Origin: Nemertoderma westbladi
Taxonomy: Eukaryota; Animalia; Xenacoelomorpha
Length of the DNA: 64,000 bases
NCBI GenBank assembly: GCA_032718475.1
Contig: JAUCBJ010002985.1
Coordinates: 37,533 to 101,532, forward strand
Reading direction: 5' to 3'
The position numbers were made by a program, and so were the translations under genes. Below are positions 1 through 10,209 of this stretch, piece by piece. The notes below the pieces were generated by a model. The model had not been told where the DNA came from and made no database searches. It was given only the letters and a program-made list of their open reading frames with translations. Each line of letters starts with the position of its first letter. The stretch's first letter is position 1.

Positions 1-34
1 TCCACCACGTTCCAGCTACGCGTATACGAGCATT
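1..34 (+). repeat. Inner end of the left terminal inverted repeat of element 1
   Basis: ccacgttccagctacgcgtatacgagcatt is the reverse complement of 62751-62780 and resembles 44862-44892. Confidence 0.85.
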
Positions 35-87
35 AGTGATTATTATTATTACGCAATAATTTTTGTTTAAACTGCATTTCCCTACCG

Positions 88-172
88 GCTAATCAACCAA
101 TCAATAATCCGAATTTAGGCTATTTCTCAGTTTAAGACCTGTATTATTTTTGAAAATATCTTATATATATAA
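88..172 (+). promoter_or_regulatory. Putative Pol II promoter (CCAAT box + TATA box) for the first element 1 ORF
   Basis: aatcaaccaatc at ~91-102 and tatatatataa at ~162-172, upstream of ATG 266. Conserved in element 2 (~62600-62685, minus strand). Confidence 0.45.
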
Positions 173-265
173 TCTCTTGCTTTAATCACAATTTATCATT
201 TGTAATGGTTTTAGTTTAAAAGTTTTTACTTTGTTTGTTTGATTTACAATAAAATAAATTAAATA

Positions 266-709
266 ATGTCTTCTGATTCCGATATGGTTATGCCAATAGT
301 AAGGCATTCATTTTTTGCAGAAGATGGTGAAGCCTATATTGTTATTGATTATACAATTTACCGTTGGGGAGATGATAAATATAAAATTGAGTTTTCTGAA
401 AAAGCCAGGAAAGTTTTAAGCTCAATTGATATTGATGCTTCTGATAATAGTATTCATCTCTTAGATTACAACCTGAAAGTTGAGCATGAGGGAAAATTAA
501 GCAACATCTTACTATTATCCATGATAGAGGGGTTAATTGTTATTACACAATACAACGAAGCTGGTGAAAAGTTTGAAATACAGCTAAATCGCCATAATCC
601 CTACGAAATTATGTCTTTCTTTATTGTAATGATTTCAAAAGAATCCTTTGTCGAAACTGAAGAATCAACAGATAATGTTGAATATGTTGATAATATCATT
701 GATTCTTGA
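266..709 (+). CDS. Hypothetical 147-aa acidic, beta-rich protein (Polinton ORFan)
   Basis: Intact in both elements (4 aa differences versus 62065-62508). No motif recognised. Confidence 0.75.
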   Translation: MSSDSDMVMPIVRHSFFAEDGEAYIVIDYTIYRWGDDKYKIEFSEKARKVLSSIDIDASDNSIHLLDYNLKVEHEGKLSNILLLSMIEGLIVITQYNEAGEKFEIQLNRHNPYEIMSFFIVMISKESFVETEESTDNVEYVDNIIDS

Positions 710-871
710 CTTTTCCCCCTATATTATAAATATTTTATGATTATATATAAAATTTTGATGTTTTTAAATAATCGAAAATTGTAGTAGTATAACAGTATAC
801 CGTATAACAGATTTGTTTGTTGTTGTTGTGTATTGAGGTAATTATTTTCAATTTACTTTAAAATTTGGAAA

Positions 872-1325
872 ATGGATATTTTAAATGAAAAATGTCCAGT
901 TTGCTATTCTAAGTTATTGCAACAACATCAAGATTATTATAAATGTGAAAATAAACATGCAACTTGCGTACAATGTATTGTACAATATTCCGAAATGAAT
1001 AATTATTGTTCTAAAATTTGTCCTATTTGTCGCGCACCCATATCTAAGTTTAATATAAAGTTGGCAAGATACCAACCCTATTATTGGAAAGAGCTTCGCA
1101 ATATAACTTATATTTCTGCGGAAAGTAATGATCCAGGAGATTTATTTACAATATTGGAGAATATTTTTTATAGAAATGTAGTACGACGGTGTTGCTACTA
1201 TATTCCTTATTTTTTTTAGCAGCGAACATAAAAAAATCATTAGCGCGAAATTCTCGGGAAGTGATTTCCAAACCGCCGATGTTACCTATCATTATTTCGC
1301 GTATAAAGATGCTCACCATGCTTGA
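872..1325 (+). pseudogene. C3HC4 RING-finger protein (putative E3 ligase), frameshifted at the T-run ~1210-1217
   Basis: CPVC...CENKHATCVQC...CPICR. The intact 149-aa copy is at 61428-61877. Confidence 0.8.
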
Positions 1326-1541
1326 AATTACATCAGTCTATACTATAATTGGAAATAGCACCTTTTGTTGCAGCGAGCGTCACATACTGTAGCGGCGTCA
1401 TATGTTAATTAAATATACAGTACTCTAATATTGTAGTTACCTCAATTATTGTTATATACATAGTAATGGTGATGGTTTATTGATATTGATATTTATATTA
1501 TATTATATTGTATTGTTGATATATCTTAATAATAATAATAA

Positions 1542-2222
1542 ATGGCTGACTTTAATTCAGGTCCATATAATTTAAACTTTCAAATGGGAACGAGTATGAT
1601 AATTTCTGGGCCATCTGGTTCTGGAAAGTCAACCTTTGTAAGCAATTTAATTAAACACAAGAATGGTTGTTTCAACGAAGCCCCCTTGCGAGTATTGTAT
1701 TGTTACAGGAGCAATCCCCCAACTATTCCGGGTATTACTCACCTTTACAAAGGTTTGCCAGAAAATATAGATAGTTTAGTGAATAGTCGAGATTTATTAA
1801 TTATAGATGATTTATTAACAGAAACTGAGTCCAGTACAGCTTTAACTGTATTGTTTACTAAGGTAGCTCATCATTCCAATATATTTATTTGTTTTATAAC
1901 GCAAAACATGTTTTACGGTGGGAAGCATAACCGCACAAGATCAATTAATAGCCATACTTTAGTATTAATGAAAAATCCGCGAGACAGTTTATCGGTTTTA
2001 AATTTCGCGAAGCAGATGTTACCAGGGCAGACCAAATTTTTAGTTGATTCCTATCAAGATGCGACAATTGAACCATTTTCGCATTTCTTAATTGATTTAC
2101 GACAGGAAACACCCGAACATTTAAGATTTAGATCGGATATATTTCGTAATCATAATTGTTACATTAAAAATTACATTGACTATAAAAGTAGCGAAAATAA
2201 TAATAATAATAATGATAAATAA
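1542..2222 (+). CDS. A32/FtsK-HerA family DNA packaging ATPase
   Basis: Walker A GPSGSGKS, Walker B LLIIDD, then FITQN and HFLIDL motifs typical of Polinton ATPases. Confidence 0.93.
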   Translation: MADFNSGPYNLNFQMGTSMIISGPSGSGKSTFVSNLIKHKNGCFNEAPLRVLYCYRSNPPTIPGITHLYKGLPENIDSLVNSRDLLIIDDLLTETESSTALTVLFTKVAHHSNIFICFITQNMFYGGKHNRTRSINSHTLVLMKNPRDSLSVLNFAKQMLPGQTKFLVDSYQDATIEPFSHFLIDLRQETPEHLRFRSDIFRNHNCYIKNYIDYKSSENNNNNNDK

Positions 2223-2259
2223 TTAATATTTTGTAACAATTTTCAATAATGTTGCAACA

Positions 2260-2643
2260 ATGAATAGACTTGTGCAGAAATATCGTAACGAACTGGAATT
2301 TCTACGCAGCGCTACCCCTCAACAAAGAACTTATTTTATTAACCATACCGCGAGTAACGAATTAATACGGCTCATTGTAAATACTGCATTAAATGTTCTA
2401 AAAGGTAATGTACAATTGACCCCTCATTCATTTAGAAATATTCGCCGCTATAAGAAGGTATTGAAATCACTCAACCGTAAAACAAAAAATATATCAAGTT
2501 ACAGAAAAAAGTTAAGCAATCAATCTGGAGGCATACTACCGTTTCTAATACCCTTACTCGGCATTGGTGCGAAATTCGCCGCGAGTGCCGGTGCCGCCGC
2601 TGCTGGAGCAGCTATTGCGAAAAAAATTAACCGCGGACGGTAA
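2260..2643 (+). CDS. Adenovirus pX-like / adintovirus 'gasderminX' virion core protein
   Basis: Basic helix followed by QSGG|ILPFLIPLL, matching adenovirus pX MRGG|ILPLLIPLI. Sits after the ATPase. Confidence 0.8.
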   Translation: MNRLVQKYRNELEFLRSATPQQRTYFINHTASNELIRLIVNTALNVLKGNVQLTPHSFRNIRRYKKVLKSLNRKTKNISSYRKKLSNQSGGILPFLIPLLGIGAKFAASAGAAAAGAAIAKKINRGR

Positions 2644-2645
2644 TA

Positions 2646-2816
2646 ATGGTTAAAACAGGAGTAACATTTAGAAAATTATATTTAGTATCGAGTAAACCGT
2701 TAGCTACTGATTTAAAACCTCAAGATATACCTAGAGTAAATACTACAAAAAGAAAACCCTTTAAAACATCAACTTCAAAGAAAATAATTAAAAAATTTCA
2801 GTTGTTCTTACGGTGA
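2646..2816 (+). CDS. Small basic 56-aa ORF (MVKTGVTFRKLYLVS...KKFQLFLR), absent from the ORF track
   Basis: Starts 2 nt after the upstream stop. Open in both elements; the three differences seen at its 3' end are synonymous (AAG/AAA, ATT/ATA, TTC/TTT). Confidence 0.6.
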   Translation: MVKTGVTFRKLYLVSSKPLATDLKPQDIPRVNTTKRKPFKTSTSKKIIKKFQLFLR

Positions 2817-2867
2817 TGCCCTTTATAAGAGATTTGAATATACATATTACTTGTGGTTGTCGAAAAG

Positions 2868-3956
2868 ATGCCACGCAAGATGAAACCGATTTTAAGCCGA
2901 AGCTTAGACAAAAAACTGTTAAGAATTTATTTAGATCCTTCATCCCCCGCGGGACTTGCAAGTGTTGCAAAATTAGCAAAAGCTGCAAACATCAAACCAG
3001 CACAAGCCCAGAAATGGCTGAGCGGGCAAAAGACATACACCCTTCACGCTCCACGTAGACATCATTATCCAACATCTAAAATATTTACGGGAGGCTTAAA
3101 AGATATATATATGATAGATCTGGTGGATATGCAGCAATATAAATCGCAAAATAATAATTATAACTATATATTAACATGTATTGATGCCTTTAGCAGGCTT
3201 GCTTTTGCCTATGGTATGAAAACAAAAAAGGGTATTGAAATTATTAGTATATTGCAAAAAATATTTCAGAAAGGAAAACCAAACAGAATCGCGACTGATC
3301 AAGGTTCTGAGTTTCTAAATAAATCTGTAAGGAAATATTTAGATACGTTAGGTATACAGTATTACGTAATGTACTCTGTGAATAAGGCGGCTATTGTCGA
3401 GAGATTCAATAGAACATTAAAAACAAAGATGTTCAAAATTTTTACGCAACGGGGAAATAATATTTGGATAAAAATTTTACCGAAGCTCATTTATGCTTAT
3501 AATAGGTCATATCATAGGACAATACAAATGACTCCCATTGAAGTTAATAAATTTAATGAAACTGAATTAATGAATAGATTATATGGGAAATATAGACAGA
3601 TTAATCATAAGAAAATAAAATTTAAAGTTGGAGATACAGTACGATTATCTATCGCTCGTACTGCTTTTGCTAAAGGCTATCGAGAACAATGGACACGTGA
3701 ATTATTTATTATTCATCGTGTCAGGTTGGATAGAGTACCAACGGTAATGTTCGATATTAAGGACAGCGCTAGAGCTATAATAAATGGCTCATTTTATTCT
3801 CACGAACTCCAAAAGGTCCACCCGAATAGTAATATTTATCTACCAATTGACAAAAATATTGGCAAACTTAAAGAACGTGTACGCAATGGGAAGAAAGAAT
3901 ATTTAGTCCGATTCATCGGATCCAAGAAACAGTCGTGGGTACAGCATATTCAATAA
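2868..3956 (+). CDS. Retroviral-like (rve) integrase with C-terminal chromodomain-like region
   Basis: DDE triad in YMIDLVD, ATDQGSEF and VERFNRTLK; YN...HRTIQMTP; FKVGDTVR; C-terminal KERVRNGKKEYLVRFIG..SWV. Confidence 0.95.
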   Translation: MPRKMKPILSRSLDKKLLRIYLDPSSPAGLASVAKLAKAANIKPAQAQKWLSGQKTYTLHAPRRHHYPTSKIFTGGLKDIYMIDLVDMQQYKSQNNNYNYILTCIDAFSRLAFAYGMKTKKGIEIISILQKIFQKGKPNRIATDQGSEFLNKSVRKYLDTLGIQYYVMYSVNKAAIVERFNRTLKTKMFKIFTQRGNNIWIKILPKLIYAYNRSYHRTIQMTPIEVNKFNETELMNRLYGKYRQINHKKIKFKVGDTVRLSIARTAFAKGYREQWTRELFIIHRVRLDRVPTVMFDIKDSARAIINGSFYSHELQKVHPNSNIYLPIDKNIGKLKERVRNGKKEYLVRFIGSKKQSWVQHIQ

Positions 3957-4202
3957 GCTTAGGTTTATACTGTATATTAATTCATTTTGGTCGCATATGA
4001 CCGTAATTAATCAATATTAACTCGAATGATATTACTATATCTATAGTTCATCCGCTTTAAATAAAGCCAGTAAAATATTGATCCCTCGCATATACTGTAG
4101 AAGATGCGACAATGAATGTGGTCACAGATGTCTATAATTTAACATTATACTGTACTGTATGTACAATGGAGTCAAGTAGAGAGAGCTTAAATAATAATAA
4201 TA

Positions 4203-5075
4203 ATGGCCACAGATACATATATCACTCTACTTTCAGATAGCTCATTAAACACTTACCCCAATAATAATCCTAGTGAGTTTACTGTTGATTTAGCCAAAGA
4301 ATTATATATTGGTCCAAACGCTAAAATTGGGCTTGCCGAGCTACAATACCAAGCAACATACAGTAATATTACGCTGCAAACTCAAATCTCGCTGTCAATC
4401 GGGGTAGATGCAAAAGATGCCAAATTATATAGTTTATTTCCTGGTATGCATAGCTCTATTCAAGTGATTATTGATGATATAAATAAACTGTTTAATTCTG
4501 AAGCGAAATATAGAGATTTCGAATTCATTTTTAATACAAATAATTCTAGAATTAAATTTAAATTTCCTAAAAAGTTGAAAAAAATACAATTAAGTCTACG
4601 TGGTGATTTAATACAAATTCTAGGCTTAAAACCGTTATTGGATCAGAATCATCCGGATATTCCGAATTGGGATATATACAGTACCACTACAGTAGATGAA
4701 TTAAGCAATATAGAACAGCCGATATTAATTTTAAATTATAGCGGACCAAAAATTTCGGAAATTGGCATTTTAGATTTTCCAGCTCCCACGAATATAACAC
4801 GTAATAAAGACACTATCTTTATATATACAGATATTATTAAGAGCTCATTTGTTGGTGACGCTTTAGCTCCGCTCTTAAGAACCTGCCCTTTAACGCAATT
4901 AAATCGAAAATATATTAATCACGAATACGAGAGCATTTGCTATTACCCATTGTTGAATAAAAAACTAAAAACAATCTTAATTACTTTACGTGACGGACAA
5001 GGTGAATTAATTAATTTTAGCGGAGGTCGCACTGTTATAACACTTAAGTTAATACGCGGTGGGGATGATGGATGA
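4203..5075 (+). CDS. Minor capsid protein (penton, single jelly-roll) 1
   Basis: YITLLSDSS..YPNN.PSEFTV.L, IGLAEL, IFIYTDII....VGD..APLLR, YYPL, DGQGELINF are Polinton penton motifs. Confidence 0.88.
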   Translation: MATDTYITLLSDSSLNTYPNNNPSEFTVDLAKELYIGPNAKIGLAELQYQATYSNITLQTQISLSIGVDAKDAKLYSLFPGMHSSIQVIIDDINKLFNSEAKYRDFEFIFNTNNSRIKFKFPKKLKKIQLSLRGDLIQILGLKPLLDQNHPDIPNWDIYSTTTVDELSNIEQPILILNYSGPKISEIGILDFPAPTNITRNKDTIFIYTDIIKSSFVGDALAPLLRTCPLTQLNRKYINHEYESICYYPLLNKKLKTILITLRDGQGELINFSGGRTVITLKLIRGGDDG

Positions 5076-5915
5076 ATTCTACGTTAGACTACTGAGTAAC
5101 TCCTGTCCAATTGATTTTCCCCGCAATAGCGCTAGTAATTATCAGATCAATTTCCATGGCGCCTTACCTATAAACCCAAACGAAAACTGGGTGGTAGGTA
5201 TAAAAAGTATATTTTACTTAGCAACGTTGCATGTATAACCATGTAACAATGTAGAGAATGTTATTTTATTAAAAAAGGGAAAAAAAATTTTGAGGATACA
5301 CTTCCATCCGGTTTGTTCTACAGTATCAATGACATTATAGAGTATTTTAACACTGGGGCGTTGAAAGATAAATTACAAATAGTTGAAAATACTCAGCAAA
5401 ATAGATTGCAATTTATTTTAGGGAAAACTGTGCGAGAGTTATTTATAGGTCAACAATTAGCCTATTATTTTGGAATTACTGAAAATAATCTCGGCGCGAA
5501 TTTAAATCCAAATTTTAAAATTATTTTGAAAACGAAAAATAATATAAAGGGTTATTTAATAAAGGTTATCGGAAATGGAGAAAAAGCTTACCAGATGGTA
5601 TTTTTATGCCCTCAACCACCCAATTCTATTCCAGAACCTAAGTCGAACATGTACGTGACTACTAATATAATTGAAAATCAATATATTAATGACTTTGGTT
5701 TAGCTTTACTTCGTCGTGTTGCGATACCTGATGACGTGAAATATGGTAGCGTAATAAATAAAGAATTTGTCAAGGATACAATTCATTATATCCCTGTAAA
5801 AAAATCATATAAGATAACATACATTTATATTGAAATAACAGACAAAGAAGGAAAAGACTTGAATTTTGAATACGGGACAACATCTATTACATTACACTTT
5901 AAACGAATAAATTAA
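5068..5915 (+). pseudogene. Minor capsid protein (penton) 2, disrupted by a stop (~5236) and a frameshift (~5271-5290)
   Basis: FYVRL.SNS...FP.N..SNY, WVVGIKSI, MYVTTNII, LLRRV, HYIPV, DKEGKDLNF, TLHFK form a second penton paralogue. Confidence 0.8.
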
Positions 5916-5916
5916 A

Positions 5917-6477
5917 ATGGATTCTGATTTATTTCAAAGATACAGTAAACCTCAATATGGTGGTGCAGACTCTAATCTTGCTATTTTTAAAGGTGGTAGA
6001 AGTACGAGAGGCTCGACGCAAGTTCCTGTTTTTCGAGGTGGTTCATATATTGACCCTTACGGTCAACAAATTGGCGCATTTGGTCCAAACTTAAAACAAC
6101 GTCGTTTTCAATGTTATCCTAGAGGTATGAGGACAAATCAACACGGAGAAGGTATATTTACAGACGCTTTATCGACATTGAAAAAATTTGGTAAGCCATT
6201 AGCTAAAAAAGTTTTACAAAAAGCTTTACCATTTACCACAAAATTTATGAGACAACACGTAATACCAAAAGGTAAGCGGGTCTTACATCAGCAGGCTAAT
6301 ACGGTTATTAATAAAGCATTAAATAAAATGAAACCGTCAACAAGGTCAGTTGTAGAAAAAGTTTATAGAGATTTAAAGCGACCCGCTAGACCAATGTCTA
6401 TGAACATACATCATCGACGTAGTAAAAAGAGAAATATAAAAGGCAAACTGAAACACTGCGAAAAAAGTATTTTTTAA
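5917..6477 (+). CDS. Basic virion core / membrane-lytic protein ('cupiennin'-like, pVI/pVII analogue)
   Basis: Several xGG/GxG adenain-type sites (QYGG, FKGG, FRGG, QHGEG) followed by the amphipathic helix IFTDALSTLKKFGKPLAKKVLQKALPF. Located just before the MCP. Confidence 0.72.
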   Translation: MDSDLFQRYSKPQYGGADSNLAIFKGGRSTRGSTQVPVFRGGSYIDPYGQQIGAFGPNLKQRRFQCYPRGMRTNQHGEGIFTDALSTLKKFGKPLAKKVLQKALPFTTKFMRQHVIPKGKRVLHQQANTVINKALNKMKPSTRSVVEKVYRDLKRPARPMSMNIHHRRSKKRNIKGKLKHCEKSIF

Positions 6478-6479
6478 TA

Positions 6480-7730
6480 ATGTCAATTATTAAGGAATTA
6501 GATTTATTTTCTACATAGACTGAATTTAAAGCAAAGCATTATGAAACAATTTACCCTGTATCTAATCTCAGAAGTGAGTCTAGGGAAGTCATGTTCCTTG
6601 TACCGAGATCCAATGAATTCTATACAAAACTGCAAGATGCGTTATTAATTATAAAATGTACTGTACGGTGGGATAGACGACTTGAAAATTCCCATATATA
6701 TATGCTGAATTACCCCGCTGAAACTATGTGGAGTGATATTAAAATAGACCTTAATGAGAAGCAGGTTGAAAATAGCAATAACCATTATTTCTACAAGTCG
6801 TACTTATCCAATTTATTATTTACAACTTACGAGGATAAAAATGGGCTACTGGGTGCGGGTGGCTTTCATCAGCCTTTATCTGAACACGGAAATGAAATTG
6901 ATCCCGACGCGCATCCTATTGGCGATGCCTTTAGTAAACAAATGCAATTTGTAAGTGGATTGACGATTGATTTTGATACTGAAAGCAAAATAATACAACC
7001 CAGGTATGATTTAAGAATGCATTTTAGAAAAGTATCAAATTCGTTTATTTTTAAAATCACTCCAAACGCAAACGCGGTGAGAAATCTTCGGCTAGAATTA
7101 GATGAAATAAAGATCCTAATCCCTAGAATGGAGGTTAATCCGGTAATAGAAAGCAGTCACCTAAAAGGTTTAGAGAGTTACGATATTGAATATCAATTCC
7201 AAAAAAAGGAGGTTACAACATTTACTATTCCCCCTCAAACCACAAATTACACCCAAACAAGCATATTTGATGGTAAAAAACCCAAATTAGTTATTATCGG
7301 CTTCATAACAAATAACGCTTATTCGGGAGAATTAATTAGCAATCCCTTGAAATTTGAACATTTTAACCTTAGACGCGCGGAACTGATTGTAGACGGTCTT
7401 CCAGTAGGTAGTGTAATATACGAGCCTAATTTTACAGATGGAACATATATTTTTGAGTATACTCAATTAATGAAGAACATTAATACATATATTAACGGTT
7501 ATGGAGGTAATAATATAGACCATGAAACCTACTTAGGTAATTGCCCCCTCCTATCCTGGGACTTAACCGCCGACGGCTATGTTAGAGATCCGCAACCGTC
7601 GATATATACTAACGGCCAATTAAAATTAAGATTTGCCGAACCGTTGGTTGAAACCATAAATGTAATTGTTTTTAATATTTATGATCAATCATTAAGTTTA
7701 AATAGCAGGAAAGAAATACATATCGATTAA
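6480..7730 (+). pseudogene. Major capsid protein (double jelly-roll, Polinton PY/hexon) with a nonsense codon at codon 13; open from ATG 6591
   Basis: ELDLF, IYPVS, PKLVIIGF, AYSG....NPLKFEHFNL, WDLTADG, G.LKLRFAEPL...INVIVF. Versus element 2 it has a 9-nt deletion plus TAG. Confidence 0.88.
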
Positions 7731-7732
7731 GT

Positions 7733-8185
7733 ATGTTATCTACAGAGGACCTTGATATGTTTCCAGTGGGTGGTCACTATTTGGGCGCGTTTCCAGCTAA
7801 TAAATTACCTAAATTTGATAATAATAAGCGGAGAGATTATGGGTTAATAGTAAATACCGATAAAGAGCATCTACCCGGGATTCATTGGATTGCAATATAT
7901 ATACGAGATAATGAGGCTGAATTATTTGATTCATTCGGATCAAAATATCCAAACAGATGCATCGAAAAATGGCTTGAGAAAAATTCCGCAAGATGGCGTA
8001 CTACTCGCAAACAATTTCAAGACCCAAGGAGGACCACATGCGGTCTATACTGTCTTTATTACTTGGTAAATCGAATTCACACAAACTATCCAATGAGTGC
8101 GTTTACAAATAATGTGGAAATAAATGAAATAATATTATATAAATGGCTTGTTAATTATTATAAAATAAACCAACAAGCGTTGTAA
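7733..8185 (+). CDS. Adenain-like cysteine protease (capsid maturation)
   Basis: NTD....PGIHW (His), FDSFG (Asp), QFQ.....CGLYC (Gln/Cys). Confidence 0.93.
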   Translation: MLSTEDLDMFPVGGHYLGAFPANKLPKFDNNKRRDYGLIVNTDKEHLPGIHWIAIYIRDNEAELFDSFGSKYPNRCIEKWLEKNSARWRTTRKQFQDPRRTTCGLYCLYYLVNRIHTNYPMSAFTNNVEINEIILYKWLVNYYKINQQAL

Positions 8186-8216
8186 TTAATCATTTAGCTT
8201 TTGTTTATCAGTTAAA

Positions 8217-8819
8217 ATGGATAATATTATTTTTGTTGATTTTCAATATTATAAGATAGACAATAAAGAGTATCCGGTAGTATTTAAAGAATTTGCTATA
8301 TTCGATTCTAATTACACCAAAACTAATGTAAAGACGTTTTTAATTAAAGGCCCACCTAATATTAAGTTATCAGCTTTAGATGTAGCTCACGTAAACAATT
8401 TACGAGATATGACTTCTCATTTGCCCTGGGACTACGGTGACATTTCGCAAGATGACTTTAAAAAATACATGAAGAGACATTTAAAATATAAAAAAAATAT
8501 ACATGTATTTGGGTTGATGAAGCAGGCAATATTAGTTTCCCAACTCGATGTTCTCGCGCCAAATTCGGTGGAGAAATTGGGAATATATAAGCAATATCAT
8601 GATTATTTAACCCCTTGTCGCTTCCACGATCAATTTACTACAGTAGAAAATAAATGTGCGTTCCACTTAAACATAAGGGATAACTGTCTGCGATACTGCT
8701 CAGCAAAACGCGTTGGGGGGTATGAGATGCTACACTTTTTCATGAGAAAGCGTTTAACTGCGACTGATGATGATAAACAGAAAGAAATAACTGCAGTGGA
8801 AGATGTACTCATACAGTAG
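8217..8819 (+). CDS. DEDD/DnaQ-like exonuclease-fold protein with C-terminal Cys/His cluster
   Basis: IFVDFQ...VFKEFAI...LPWDYG...HVFG..K...C..H...CA...C...CS pattern of a recurrent Maverick accessory ORF. Intact in both elements. Confidence 0.6.
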   Translation: MDNIIFVDFQYYKIDNKEYPVVFKEFAIFDSNYTKTNVKTFLIKGPPNIKLSALDVAHVNNLRDMTSHLPWDYGDISQDDFKKYMKRHLKYKKNIHVFGLMKQAILVSQLDVLAPNSVEKLGIYKQYHDYLTPCRFHDQFTTVENKCAFHLNIRDNCLRYCSAKRVGGYEMLHFFMRKRLTATDDDKQKEITAVEDVLIQ

Positions 8820-9224
8820 GTTTAACTGCGATGGAAGATGTACTCTTACAGTAGGTTTACTCTAAGCTTGTAATGTGATGGGATATAATATAATTTTATT
8901 TTGGTGATGATCTTGATGTTAATATAAAAATATAATAAAATATAATTTTTTTACAACAAGTTCTCTAAAAAAGAGTCAATTGCGCTAGGTTAACCATACA
9001 CATTTAACAATATGACGTAGACGTAACATGTACAGTAAGTATTCTCGATATCATTCTAATATAGATGTACTGGTATTGCGAAACATCCTATACATCGCAA
9101 ACTAATAACACATACAGTAGTTGACTAGTAATATTAGTCAGAAATGCAACATAAACTGTATAGGATGTAGTGTTAACCTGTTGGTACTGGTACTGATAAA
9201 TTCAATAATTTATTATAGGCCTAA

Positions 9225-9995
9225 CCACAACTGTCATCCGCTTTATCAGTACCGGTAGTGTTTTACTCTTCCAACACTGTAGTCACAGTCTACTGGTATC
9301 AGTACAGCAGTAATCTGAAGCAATAGCATACTGCTGTCATGATCCGGATTACACGCAGGGGTCTCACATATAGGGATTAGATCACCTACCCAAACAATAC
9401 AGTACTGCTGTACTGTCGCTGTTGTTGTAACAGCATAGTCAGATAGAGCATACTGATTTCCTTTGATTAGCATTGTACTGCAGTACCAGTACCGCAGTAT
9501 TAATGTAACAGTACCTGTAGTAACAAACTAATCCATTGTATACAATATCGTGAGCCAGTTACAATCAGATGTGTACGCAGTCAGCCACACTGCGGAGATG
9601 CTGTCAACCTCGCAGCTCCTATCCACAACTGTCATCCACTTTATCAGTACAGCAGTAATCTGATGCAATAGCATTTGTTTTTTTTCACCTATAAGGATAC
9701 TGCTGTCTACCCGAACCTTGATTAGCATACTGCTGTCATAACCTAGAAGGCACGCGTGGCTCTCACATATAGGGATTAGATCCCCTACCCAAACAATACA
9801 GTACTGCAGTACTGTCACTGTTGTTGTTGTAACAGTATAGTCAGATACAACATGTTGATTTCCTTTTATTAGCATTGTACCGCAGTACCGGTACCACAGT
9901 ATTAATGTAATAGTACCCGCAGTAACAAACTAAACCACTGTATACAATATCGTGAGCCAGTTACAATCAGATGTGCGCGCGGTCAACCTCGCAGC
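9225..9995. repeat. Imperfect tandem duplication of a ~390-bp unit
   Basis: ccacaactgtcatcc at ~9225 and ~9623; ctcacatatagggattagatc.cctacccaaacaatacagtactgc and tacaatatcgtgagccagttacaatcagatgtg each occur twice. Confidence 0.85.
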
Positions 9996-10209
9996 CACCC
10001 TTGCGAGCAGCATCGCTGCCAGCCTCGCAGCCAGCCAGCCTCGCGGCACGCAGTTAGCCTCGCAGCCAACCAGTCAGCCAGCCAGCCACACAGCTACTGC
10101 CGGCTAGGCACGCAGTCAGCCTGTGAGAGTCATACTTATTCAAACGAGGTTAGTTTTCCCTAACTACCGATAGATTGATTGAAAAATAATAATGTTTAAT
10201 TTTCACCTT

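Noticed and set aside
2813-3058. 81-aa ORF overlapping the integrase start (TGATG junction)
   Set aside because: Alternative frame with no recognisable motif, and truncated in element 2. Insufficient support.
9246-9875. Two similar minus-strand ORFs (75 and 115 aa)
   Set aside because: Their similarity comes from the ~390-bp duplication; indels break homology and they are absent from element 2.
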